In this document: in pieces, positions 1 through 9,914 of the stretch
Layout of the letters: each line of letters begins with the position of its first letter
Numbering within the stretch: the stretch's first letter is position 1
Assembly (NCBI GenBank): GCA_001662655.1
Contig: KV460289.1
Length of the DNA: 64,000 nt
Strand: one strand, 5' to 3'
Source: Pseudogymnoascus verrucosus
Lineage: Eukaryota
Program-made: the position numbers and the translations under genes
The notes under the pieces: model-generated
Told to the model about the DNA's origin: nothing
The model's input: only the letters and a program-made list of their open reading frames with translations
Databases searched by the model: none

Positions 1-1008
1 GGGGGAGGGAGAGGAGGGGGGAGGAGAGGCGATTTGATTGTGGATATGAAGTTTTTGTTGAAAATGAGCGCGTGGGAAGCTCGCCGTTATATAGTGAGTG
101 AGATATTGGATACCCAGAGTACCCTCTCGGATAAAGCGTAGGCAAAAAGGATAAAAATAAAGATCAAAAAAGCAAAAGACTCATCAGATCTGGGCGAATA
201 TTATGAGATCTGATGAGGAGAAAATCGCTTATGATTTTTCTTTTTGGTGTTAATGTTGATTCGTGTCGATCGCTTCCAAGCTCTTTCTTTCCATTTTGGT
301 TTCATCGTCTCCTCGCCGGGTCTCGAATCCATAACCTTTTTGTCCTCCGCTGGCCAGATTGTCCAGACAGTGGTACTTCCACTGCGCCACTGTGCCGCTT
401 GGATTGGAGATGAGTTAAGTTGGGTTATATAGGTGCTCTCGCCTGTGGTGGGGGGTTGGCCTGAAAAAAGAGGGTTGGGGGCTGGCAGTAAGGGGAAGGG
501 GAACTGTTGGGTTTAGCGGTGGAGGGAGCGGTAAGCGGAGGGGATGGGCAATTGCAGTACTACTGCGAGGAATACTATCAGAGAGAGCGGTCAGAGAGAG
601 ATTTATAGACATCGTATGCGGGTTTATAATTTGATATCACTTGCAGCGTCGTTACTGGATACACGTGGCGAGACAACGCTACTAGGTTAGAGACGCACCA
701 TCACGAGTTTGACATCTCAAACCAAACATACAAAGACCGACAGCAGAATAAAGGGCATCAAGCACTTCTTTGATCATATTCCAACACTGGCCTTAAAAAC
801 ACTTCTAAAAACGCCAAAACCACCGCCCTGGGTATCTCATATCTTGTCCTCCTCCCCCAAATACAATGCCAAATTCAATCCATCCTTTGGAGCCCCGCCA
901 TGCCTCCTACTATCCAGACATAAAATAACAATACGCCACCTCTCTTGTGCCTCTCCGCTGTTCCAGTGCCTCCTCAGAAGACCTGTCAGACCATAACTAC
1001 CAGCAACT

Positions 1009-3549
1009 TCACATAAACGCATATGCATCCTCTGCATTTGCGAATGCTTCCGCGTCGTCCTCCAAGAAGCGTTGTATGAAACTCTCATGTTTCTCCGACT
1101 CGGTCTCAGATTCAGTCTCAGTCTCGTAGACTGGTGCAAATGGATTTTCCAGCTTATGACCAAAGGCAATCATCGAAGCTTCGGCTTCCTCGTCGTCAAA
1201 ATCATCGCTGTATTCGTCACTTTCAATCCCATCCATCAGCTTCGTCAATTGGCTTGCGTTTAAGCTCTCTAGTTGTTCCGATACATCATCTGCACCTGCA
1301 TCTAGCCTGGTCGCATCTTGACTCTGTCGTTTGGCACTCGGTGTGTGACGCTGCGATGACTGTCTAGTGCCGAGTAGTTCTCTTTCAATCCTCATATTCT
1401 CCAAGCGCAGCTTAGCTGCCTCGTCATCTACCTTGCTTTGAAGTTTACTTTCGTGAATGGCCGCAGCAAAGAGATCTTCCTCCTTCTCAACGAAGAATCT
1501 TGGTTTCCGCGCGCGCCTCATATCCCATGGCGTCGGTGGCGGCGCGGGCACAGGGGATACCTTGCTCGGCAACTCAAGCTCCCGTAATTCCTGTGATGAG
1601 AACATCAATTCTCGAGAAGACATCCATGGGAAATCGTCGTCTAGTATTGGTTGTGCTGGTTCAACAAGGATTGGCCGTGCTACCACACTGTCTCTCCCAA
1701 TTTCACGAGCGACCTGGGTGTTGGATGGGATGTCATCATCTTCAATATCTTCAAGCAACTCCCGCAGTTCTTGCGATGGGCTGGGGAAGAAATCATCAAG
1801 GTGGTCAACAAGGAATAGTTGCGTGCTTGTTGGTAAGGTGGACGGCGACACTTTCGGTGCTGCGTGGGTGGGTAATAGGCTGGGCTTGAGGAACGGCTTC
1901 GAGCGAGCGGAGGGTGATGCCATTGCCTTGGTTGATGCATTCTGTGCGTGTTTTGAGATATCGTTTAGGGGTAGACGATGGCTAGAGCCACCCGTCCCAG
2001 AACCTGGCGCAGATCTCTGTGATAAGGAGTTATTCGCCCTTAGCGCTGGCATCTGTCTGCTTTGCGAGCGTATAGGCGTCGACAAGGTTGTGCGAGGACG
2101 GACGATGGAGGTTGGCGGGCCCATAACCGAAGCTACAACCGGGGTACTGGGTTTCGGAATAGGTTTGCTCATTGACCGTAACGCTGTCTGCTTCAGTGAA
2201 AAGGGGTTTGAAGATGTTAATTCCGGTGAAACCCCTGAACCGTTGAACTCGATCCGAGGCCGTGGCGTTCTTTGCAAAACCGGTGATGCTAGTTGCCGCC
2301 TTGGTGGAGACGAAGGGCACGCTGTTGGTTTGGTTGGGATGGCCGGAGAAGGGCAATGTTGAGGTGAATCCACGACTATAGTTTTAGCGACATTGGCTTG
2401 TGCATTTTCCGGTGCCTCCTTTATCTCTATCCTCGGTGAAGAATGGGATGCAGCTAGCGACCTCTCTCCTGCATCAAACGATTCAGAAAGTAGCTGGTGC
2501 GCTGCTGCCAGCTCCAGAAAAATGTCATCATCGTCTAGGAAATCCTGCGAGCTAGTAAAGTACTGCGTGCTCGGAGGAAGTTTTAGGTCGGCGGGCTTAG
2601 ATACTGGATGTCCTTGTGATTCGACTTGGACTTCTTTGTCTTCATGGGCAGTCGGTTCTGCCTGCACTTTTGGGCTTGCTTGAACCTCTTGTTCTTCTTC
2701 AGCTGCCGGGCTTGCCTGCACTTCTGCTCTCGCTTGAACTTCCGGCTCTGGTGAGTCTTCCAGATCAGCTTGAAGTTCTGGCTCCGGCTGCTCTTTAAGT
2801 CCTGGCTGAACTTCGGGCTCGGACTGAACCACCAGCTCTCGTTTAACTTCTAGTTCCGGATCTTCCGGATCTTGCAGAACTTCTGCCTCTGGCTGTGCTT
2901 CCAAACTATTTTCCCTCTCAGTCCTAACAACAGGGACATCTTCCCGAGGCCCGGGCCTATCCTCTGGTTGTGCATCTTCCTCCCCATCCTCGGTATCGCA
3001 CAGCGTTTTTATTGCGGGGACATTGCCCTGGGCTTTAGAAATGCGATCTTCTCTTTCTTGCATATCCTCTTCCTCCTCCTCCGTATCATCTTCGGCTCCA
3101 TCCATGGCAACCCTCTTCGGCACCGGCTCCTCGGCATCGTTATCACTCTCGTCCCCCCCCTCCTCCTCTTCCTCCTCCACATCCTTACCCCTCCCCCTCT
3201 TCCCCAGCCCCAAAAACCCCGTAATCCTCCCCTGACTAGGCCTCACCCACCTACTCTTCTCCGGAACCCCCGCCTTCTTCCTCTCCGCCCTCTCCACCTC
3301 CTCCTTCGCATCCTTCTTCGCCTTCACAGCCCTCGCCTTAGCCTGCGCCTTCTCCCTCTCAAACTCCCTCTTCTGCGCCGCCAGCTCCGCGGCCTCCATG
3401 CGCTTGCGTTCCTTCCAGTTCATTTTTGGTATATTGTTGGCCTTTGCGTGGGCTTTCTTTGCTTGTTTGCTTGTCATGGGGGGCCGCCGCGAAGTTGTCA
3501 TCACCGGGCCCCCGTCGGCGATGGCGATTTTGCTTTGGTGGGCTGCCAT
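1009..3549 (-). CDS. Uncharacterised, largely disordered 846-aa protein (basic coiled N-terminus, acidic/Pro-rich middle, SQ/TQ-rich C-half)
   Basis: Single long ATG-initiated ORF; KERKR/KRGR basic patches, QGRITGFL PIP-like motif, EEDLFAAAIHES UIM-like motif. Confidence 0.8.
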   Translation of the reverse strand: MAAHQSKIAIADGGPVMTTSRRPPMTSKQAKKAHAKANNIPKMNWKERKRMEAAELAAQKREFEREKAQAKARAVKAKKDAKEEVERAERKKAGVPEKSRWVRPSQGRITGFLGLGKRGRGKDVEEEEEEGGDESDNDAEEPVPKRVAMDGAEDDTEEEEEDMQEREDRISKAQGNVPAIKTLCDTEDGEEDAQPEDRPGPREDVPVVRTERENSLEAQPEAEVLQDPEDPELEVKRELVVQSEPEVQPGLKEQPEPELQADLEDSPEPEVQARAEVQASPAAEEEQEVQASPKVQAEPTAHEDKEVQVESQGHPVSKPADLKLPPSTQYFTSSQDFLDDDDIFLELAAAHQLLSESFDAGERSLAASHSSPRIEIKEAPENAQANVAKTIVVDSPQHCPSPAIPTKPTACPSSPPRRQLASPVLQRTPRPRIEFNGSGVSPELTSSNPFSLKQTALRSMSKPIPKPSTPVVASVMGPPTSIVRPRTTLSTPIRSQSRQMPALRANNSLSQRSAPGSGTGGSSHRLPLNDISKHAQNASTKAMASPSARSKPFLKPSLLPTHAAPKVSPSTLPTSTQLFLVDHLDDFFPSPSQELRELLEDIEDDDIPSNTQVAREIGRDSVVARPILVEPAQPILDDDFPWMSSRELMFSSQELRELELPSKVSPVPAPPPTPWDMRRARKPRFFVEKEEDLFAAAIHESKLQSKVDDEAAKLRLENMRIERELLGTRQSSQRHTPSAKRQSQDATRLDAGADDVSEQLESLNASQLTKLMDGIESDEYSDDFDDEEAEASMIAFGHKLENPFAPVYETETESETESEKHESFIQRFLEDDAEAFANAEDAYAFM

Positions 3550-4200
3550 CGCGGCCGACGCCTATGTCGTAACCCTAACTATGTCGGAGATAGTTGGGCA
3601 TGTGAGCGGTGCATTTCGTTGAGGCTTATGGGCGATAAGTTGTGCTATCTGATATGTTTATACTGTAAATATGTAAATAGAAGCAACACGGTTGTCGTGA
3701 TTGGTTATTTTAGCGCAAGGCTGGGGACACTCAGGTACCACGTACCACGAGGCTGAGATTTGTCAATCAGTGCGGGGTTTCATGTCTTATAAACCTCATC
3801 GTCATTGGAGAATAATCACAATAGAACATCGGACACGTTTAATTTAATTAAATGCATTAGTATAGGCTTGAAGGGAACTGTTATGGAGCTGTACTATGAT
3901 TTACAGTAAGCAAGCTCAGGCACAAAATGTTGTGTTTGTTGAAAGTGCTGGTGAGCGCGTGACGTACTGTGACCAGACGAGGTTGAGGCTTGTCGACAAG
4001 ATATTCCAAGACACAATCAACAAAACGAACACGAACACATCTGTTATATAATAGAGTAGGGAGATTCATTTCAATTGAGCTAAAAACAAACAAGTAACTT
4101 CAGAGAGCGTAAAATCATGACTAAACTGGGTAACGTGTGGACCATGCCATCATCCCAACATACACTGAGATCTATGCGATCTATAAACTCCAAGCAATGC

Positions 4201-5190
4201 TCAGACGTCTATCCCATCAACAACAACGCCCTTAGTCCAATTATGCTGCAAAATGCGCGCAACCTCATTCGCCGTATCAACGCTAACCATGATGCTAACC
4301 AAATACAACGCCGCATCCATGCCACACCCGGTGCCGCCGGATGTGATAACCCGCAAGCCGCCCAACAACATCGCGGCACGACGAGCATTGGATTCGCGCC
4401 TGGTGTTAGATTCCTTCCAGGCGTTCGATCCCTTGCGGGCATTTGATGGACGACGAGCATCAGACTTCTTCCTGATATATGGGTTCTCATCAATGTCTTC
4501 GCCGAGGTCAAAGCGAAGGTTGTTGACAACGTAGCGCTCCTCCAAGACGTTGGTGCGCTCGGCCAGGTCACGCTGGGCAGCCTGGGAACAGACGTTCTCA
4601 AACTTGGTGTAGAAGTCTGGGTGGGTGGTGGCGGACAGGCCAGAAAGAGTACCCACATGGGCAAGGAGGAGGCTGGCAGTGCCAACAGCCATGAGAGTTC
4701 GCTCCTTGTCGGGATACTTCTGCTGGACATCGGAGAAAGCTTTGATGATCTTGAGGGGTTGACCTTGAACTTTGTTCTTGATAATAGCCTCAACGTCACC
4801 GCCGGGGACGATCAGAATATCGAAGTCTTTGAGATGTTTGTGAATCTCCTCAAAGGAGGCATCGGATTTAAAGATGACACCTTGCTCAGACTCCACGGTA
4901 GGAGTGTCGGATGCATAGGTGCAATCAAAAGCTCCAGTGCCTATGAGTGTTCAGATTAGCCGGGGCACAAGACAAGATGCAGGAGCAAAGGGTGGTGAGG
5001 TGTGCATTATGAGATGAGGATTATGATAAAGTGAGAACTAGAGAACAAGAGTGAACTTACTATCATCATTGATGTTGTGGTTGGCCTTGTTCAAGATCTC
5101 CAAAGGCCCAAGAACGTTGAGGGCATCCATTCCTGGGTAGAGAGCGAACAAGACCTTCACCACCGGAATGGTCCCAGTCGTGTTTTCCAT
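4201..5190 (-). CDS. DJ-1/PfpI/ThiJ-family protein (isocyanide hydratase-like), 289 aa; exons 5190-5061 and 4940-4201
   Basis: Exon 1 MENTTGTIPVVKVLFALYPGMDALNVLGPLEIL splices in frame (GTAAGT...TAG) to exon 2 with FDILIVPGG, LSATTH and VITSGG..GMDAAL. Confidence 0.88.
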
Positions 5191-5609
5191 GGTTGCGATG
5201 AGTGTGGAATTGTGAGAACTGGAATATTGAATGAAGTATGAATTTGAGATGAAGCTGCTATTGAAGAAGCTTCTTAAAGGATGTTATTTGGATATGTTTT
5301 GATGGATTCACAGATGGTAATTGATCAAAGATGGTGAGGGGAAGTGATGATGGAGGTGTGTCTCGCGGACTAAGTGAGGAGGAGGGTCTTGTGCCTAGTC
5401 GACAGGGAAATGCGGGGTTTTGCAAGGGTGAGCTGTTAGTGGGCATTGGTCGCTTTAGCGTGATGTGCTAACTGGTTGCAGGAAAACCATCTCGTCATTC
5501 AGAATGCGGGGGATCACCTGATCAAATACTGTTTTGGCTGAACCGGCATATATTACGACCATTAGGATAATATACAGTATATCATTTCTGATTTAGATTT
5601 CCATGCGTG

Positions 5610-7450
5610 TCATTCAGTCTTTCCGGCTTTCTTTCCCTTTGAGGCCTTGTTTGCTAGGAGTTTGAACTTTGATAGCACCTTTTCCCTGACGCCTTTCAGG
5701 TCCAACTTCTCGGCTTCATCCACACCCACGAATCTCCTAACCAGCAGGTTGAATACGAACCCAAACGCAAGTGCCATGACTGTACTGGTGAATATGATGA
5801 CATTGTAAGGCATGCTGAAATCCGGTGTGGGAAGTGGTAGTAGCAAGGAGGTTGTGCGAATTGACGTGTTCCCGATATTGATGACTGCCGCTGGTACATC
5901 GAAACCGCGATTAGCATCGGGCGGATACTCCGTATACCGCAGGATAGCCTTCTCAAAATCATAGCTGAGAACAACTGTCGAGTTTGCTGGCACGTCCATT
6001 TTGATTTCGAGCTGTGTACCACGCTGTCGGTCAAGCGCTGGGCGGTAGTACATCTCTTTGATAAGGTCACTTGGCTCGCCATTAACCTTCACCCTCAATG
6101 TGTGCAAGTATACTTTCATGAACCACGGTAATGATTCCATGTAGATGATTTCCACAGTCTCGGTGGGTGAAGGGTTCTTGAGTATAGCTTGAACTCCTCC
6201 TCGCTCTTGGCCATAGCCGTTAAAAGAGCGATCGGCGTAGAGCAATGGCTGCTCAAACGGCGTTGGCTTTGCGTGTTGGGCTGGTAAATTCAGCTCGAAG
6301 ATCTCGTCCGAGAGTTTATAGCAGCGCATGAAACCAGAGCCGTCTTTACGTTCAACAGCATTGCCCGATGTATAGACCTCGGCATCATTATCGATATTGA
6401 TGCAGACTGACTCAGCATCTTCCTCGGCGAGTGGACATGAACCCTTCAATGGGTGTCCGAATATCTGGGATAATGACCAATCCTCGCCCTGTGCTTCGTC
6501 GAGCGGGAAACACGTGTGGTCGTTGCTGTATGGCTTCGAGTTATCGCACTTGAGTTCGTGATATGGAACTGGCCGTGGGATTGGGTTGTCTATCGTACTG
6601 TTAACATGGTCAAACACATGGCTGTAGATATACAACGTACCTCTTGGCCGCTTCGACCTCTGAATGTCCAACACCATGTCAATCGTCTGGGTAATCTCCA
6701 ACCCACCCTCAATAGGCCTAACATCAACGCTCATGCTCTGCCAACTCGCATCAAATAACTTGTGTCCATCTAACAGGCTGCTAATCCCTGCCTTGCCCTT
6801 GCACGGCAAGAGCTTCAAGAACGGCGTCAAGTTCTCAGTGCAGACCACCTCTCTCGGCAACGTCCCGTGAAGCAGGTGTAGGTTCTGTAGCGACGCCTCG
6901 CTGTGGTCGCCCCGTGGCTCGAACGAAATAACTGGCCGTGTAGTGCGAGTCGAATCAATGAAGTTCAAGGAGGCGCAGAAGAGACCAGAAAGCGCATTCG
7001 TGAGAGTAAGCCAACGACCATCCGCCCTGTCCAGCGCATTAGTATCTCTAGCCTCATCCACATCAACCCCAGTAAACATTGAACTCACTCTTCATCGGTA
7101 TCAGCCTCCACCCAAGCCCATAGTTCTACACCCGTGCCTCCCTCTCTTTCCCCTCCCCATGGCCTCGCGCCCCAACTCTCAGCATCCCACCGGCCGAGGC
7201 TGAACCTCAGATGAAGCTCTCGTGTGTTTGCATGCTGTAAGATCTGCCCCAGACTGCGCGGGAAGTAGCGGAAGTTCTGCTGCTCAAAGGCCTCTGCCGT
7301 GGTATTCGCGCGGAAGTTGAATGATGCGAGGACGGAGCTCGGTGGTAGGGGGCGGAGGAGCAATTGTTCGTGGTATTCGGATGCCTGGACCGGCGAAATA
7401 AAAGACGTTAATCCAGCGCCGATTAAGAGAAGTAATGACCGTAGATACAT
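5610..7450 (-). CDS. GPI16: GPI transamidase subunit Gpi16/PIG-T; exons 7450-7089, 7026-6641, 6589-5610
   Basis: Signal peptide; LHLRFSLGRWD, NALSGLFCASLNF, EVVCTENLTPFLKLLPC, EYPPDANRGF, PTPDFSMPYNVI; C-terminal TM and lysine-rich tail. Confidence 0.96.
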
Positions 7451-7656
7451 AGCAGACTTGCCTACAGCTTATGCTGAGGCGCGGGTTGGCGGGTTCATTG
7501 ATACGATTGAATTATGGGGCGAGGCCAAAGGTGCATCTGTGGCTCGATGCTAGCGTGAATAGCCTCGCCGCAGGGCTGAAATTTATCGCGACCCTCCGCC
7601 TCGCGACGTTCACTATCAACGACAACTGTGTCGCTGTACGTTCAACACACATCATC
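7451..7656. promoter_or_regulatory. Probable bidirectional promoter (GPI16 / LUC7)
   Basis: Only 206 bp between two divergent start codons. Confidence 0.6.
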
Positions 7657-8596
7657 ATGGCGGCAGAACAAAGGAAGCTGCTTGGTACGTATACATTTAT
7701 CTCTTTCCTCAGCATCATCTACTGCTCTGCTTTCACATCCCGCAATGGCCCTCAACTAACACATCACAGAGCAGCTCATGGGCGCCTCGGCCTCCACACG
7801 CTCTGCCCAACTCTCCATCACCGACCCCAAACTCTGCCGCTCCTACCTCGTCGGCACCTGCCCTCACGACCTCTTCACAAACACCAAGCAGGACCTCGGA
7901 CCCTGCCCAAAAGTGCATTCCGAGCCGCTCAAAGAGGAATACCTCGCCGCGCCATCCAAGTACTCCTTCGAGTTCGACTACCTGCGCGACCTCCAGAAGT
8001 ACATCGACGACTGCAACCGGCGCATCGACACCGCCCAGCGCCGCCTCGAGAAGACCCCTGACGAAATCCGCCAGACCAACGCCTTGCTCAAGCAGATCTC
8101 CGACCTCGCTGCCTCCATCCAGACCGGCCTGCTCGAGATCGAAGTCCTCGGCAGCTCGGGCCTCGTGTCGCGTGCCCTCGACGAGCATGTGCGCATCCGC
8201 GCGGCGCTGCTGACCAAATCGGAGCATGAGGCAAAGCTGAAGGCGCTGTCAGATACGTCGGGTCCCAGCGGACACCAGAAGTTACAGGTCTGCGATGTGT
8301 GTGGCGCGTACTTGTCCAGGCTGGATAATGATAGGAGATTGGCGGACCACTTTTACGGGAAGATGCATCTGGGATATGCGCAGATGAGGCGTGAAGCGGA
8401 GAAGTTACAGAAGGAGCTCAAGGGACGCCAACCGCCGCCGAGAGCGGAAGATGACAGGGATAAGGGGTATGGAGGCGGTTATGATGACGGGGGATGGGGT
8501 GGTAGAGGCGGCGGATTTGGAGGGAGGGGCGGTGGACGAGGTGGAGGTTTCAGGGGTGGGAGAGGGAGGGGAGGATTTGGCAGAGGAGGGTGGTGA
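7657..8596 (+). CDS. LUC7: U1 snRNP protein Luc7; exons 7657-7684 and 7770-8596
   Basis: MAAEQRKLLEQLMG after splicing; zinc fingers CRSYLVGTCPHDLF..CPKVH and VCDVCGAYLS..DHFYGKMH; RGG-rich tail. Confidence 0.96.
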
Positions 8597-9537
8597 TTTA
8601 TACGGAGCAGCGAATCGGCGAAATATCAGGCGTACACTAACTTGGGCGGCGTTGAGGAAAGGATTTCAAGAATTGCAAGCTTTGGTGGGCACAGAGGACC
8701 TTGGTAGTCATTTTAAAACGTGTATTATACGACAGTAGTGTCAACCCTGAAGTTATTGCAATGATGGATTTGATATCGAGGAACTAAATCTCAAAAGATA
8801 CCCGTGTATGCATATAACTACTCTTGTCCGAGCGCTAAGCATCAACTGATTCTGCCATATACGCAGAACACGAACAGATCCAGCAAAAGTGAAGAGCGGC
8901 GCAACTTAGAAACAAGAGGTGCTACTATACGTGGGGCCCGAGGCTATAAGAAAACGGGACGGGTGGTAATAGTGACAATAAAACCAGTCAACGGCGAGAA
9001 ATTGGGATAATGGGGGCCTATCGGTGACAGGAAATAGGGGGCTTGACCAAATTGGTAAACAAGCACAAATCGGCGAATGTACGGCTTTCCATTGACGTGG
9101 ATTAAAGTCCTATATGTTTCATAGTCTCCGTCGTATATCGTTTGCAACGCCCGATTATCATTCAAGATCTGTATATCTATAAATTTTTATCTGCCTTCGT
9201 TGCCAGCTATCTTCGCAGCTTTGTTTCTGACTCATCGCCATCATACAAATGACACAGCAAAACAGGCATTTGGAATAACAGTATCCTCATACTAACAACG
9301 CAACAAAGTAGAAAACGGTTTCCATGACGTAGACGTATGAGAGAGAGATGAGTGGAGCTCGAATTAAAATATATGGCAACGTCAGATTTTATGATAGCTT
9401 CCACAATGTGAATAAAGGGTCTAAGACAGTCCTGTGGTGTGGATGTCGCTTTCAGTTCGGTTGTATATAAAAAGGGTCGGGGTTCTGGCGGTTGTGAGTA
9501 TCTGCCAAACTCACATAAATCCAAAAAATTAAAATGC

Positions 9538-9651
9538 AAAAAAACCAGACGACGTGTCTGGTGAAAAATCCACCCCATGATGCCTCGAACCCGCGAATCC
9601 GAGAAGATGGTTATTTGCTTAAGGTGAGGGTGACCGCTAGACCATGTGCCC
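9538..9651 (-). ncRNA. tRNA-derived Pol III transcription unit (small ncRNA, SINE head or tRNA pseudogene)
   Basis: Minus strand: TATATAAA (9689-9682), tRNA-like start GGGCACA, A box TGGTCTAGCGG (9644-9634), B box GGTTCGAGGC (9591-9582), T5, 7-bp hairpin, T7; no cloverleaf. Confidence 0.5.
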
Positions 9652-9914
9652 TCTTTGATTTCTTACTGCCTCGTCCTTCTCTTTATATAGGGGGTGTTCG
9701 CTAGTAGGGGGGGGGCCACCTGCACACATGGGTAAGTGGGAAACAAAGAGACAGAGAGAAGAAAAAAGCGGCTTCCAGTAGCGACGTAACTGTTTTGTTT
9801 AATAATACACTTTTCGTAAACTATCATACATACTTAAACTTTTGCCCGTTATCCAACATCCATTATATCCTCCTCTATCGGTTCCAATTTTACAATGCCT
9901 TCAACCACCCCCCT

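Noticed and set aside
1457..3756. Long plus-strand ORFs (301 and 294 aa), and similar antisense ORFs at 11098-11889, 47761-48828, 51649-52650 and 58735-59418
   Set aside because: Shadow ORFs opposite well-supported GC-rich genes; no recognisable motifs
6590..6640. Apparent 17-aa insertion in Gpi16
   Set aside because: A 51-nt stop-free GTACGT...TAG intron that the ORF track reads through
8944..9578. Short minus-strand ORFs (73 and 123 aa)
   Set aside because: AT-rich, no codon bias or motifs; treated as intergenic or possible element body
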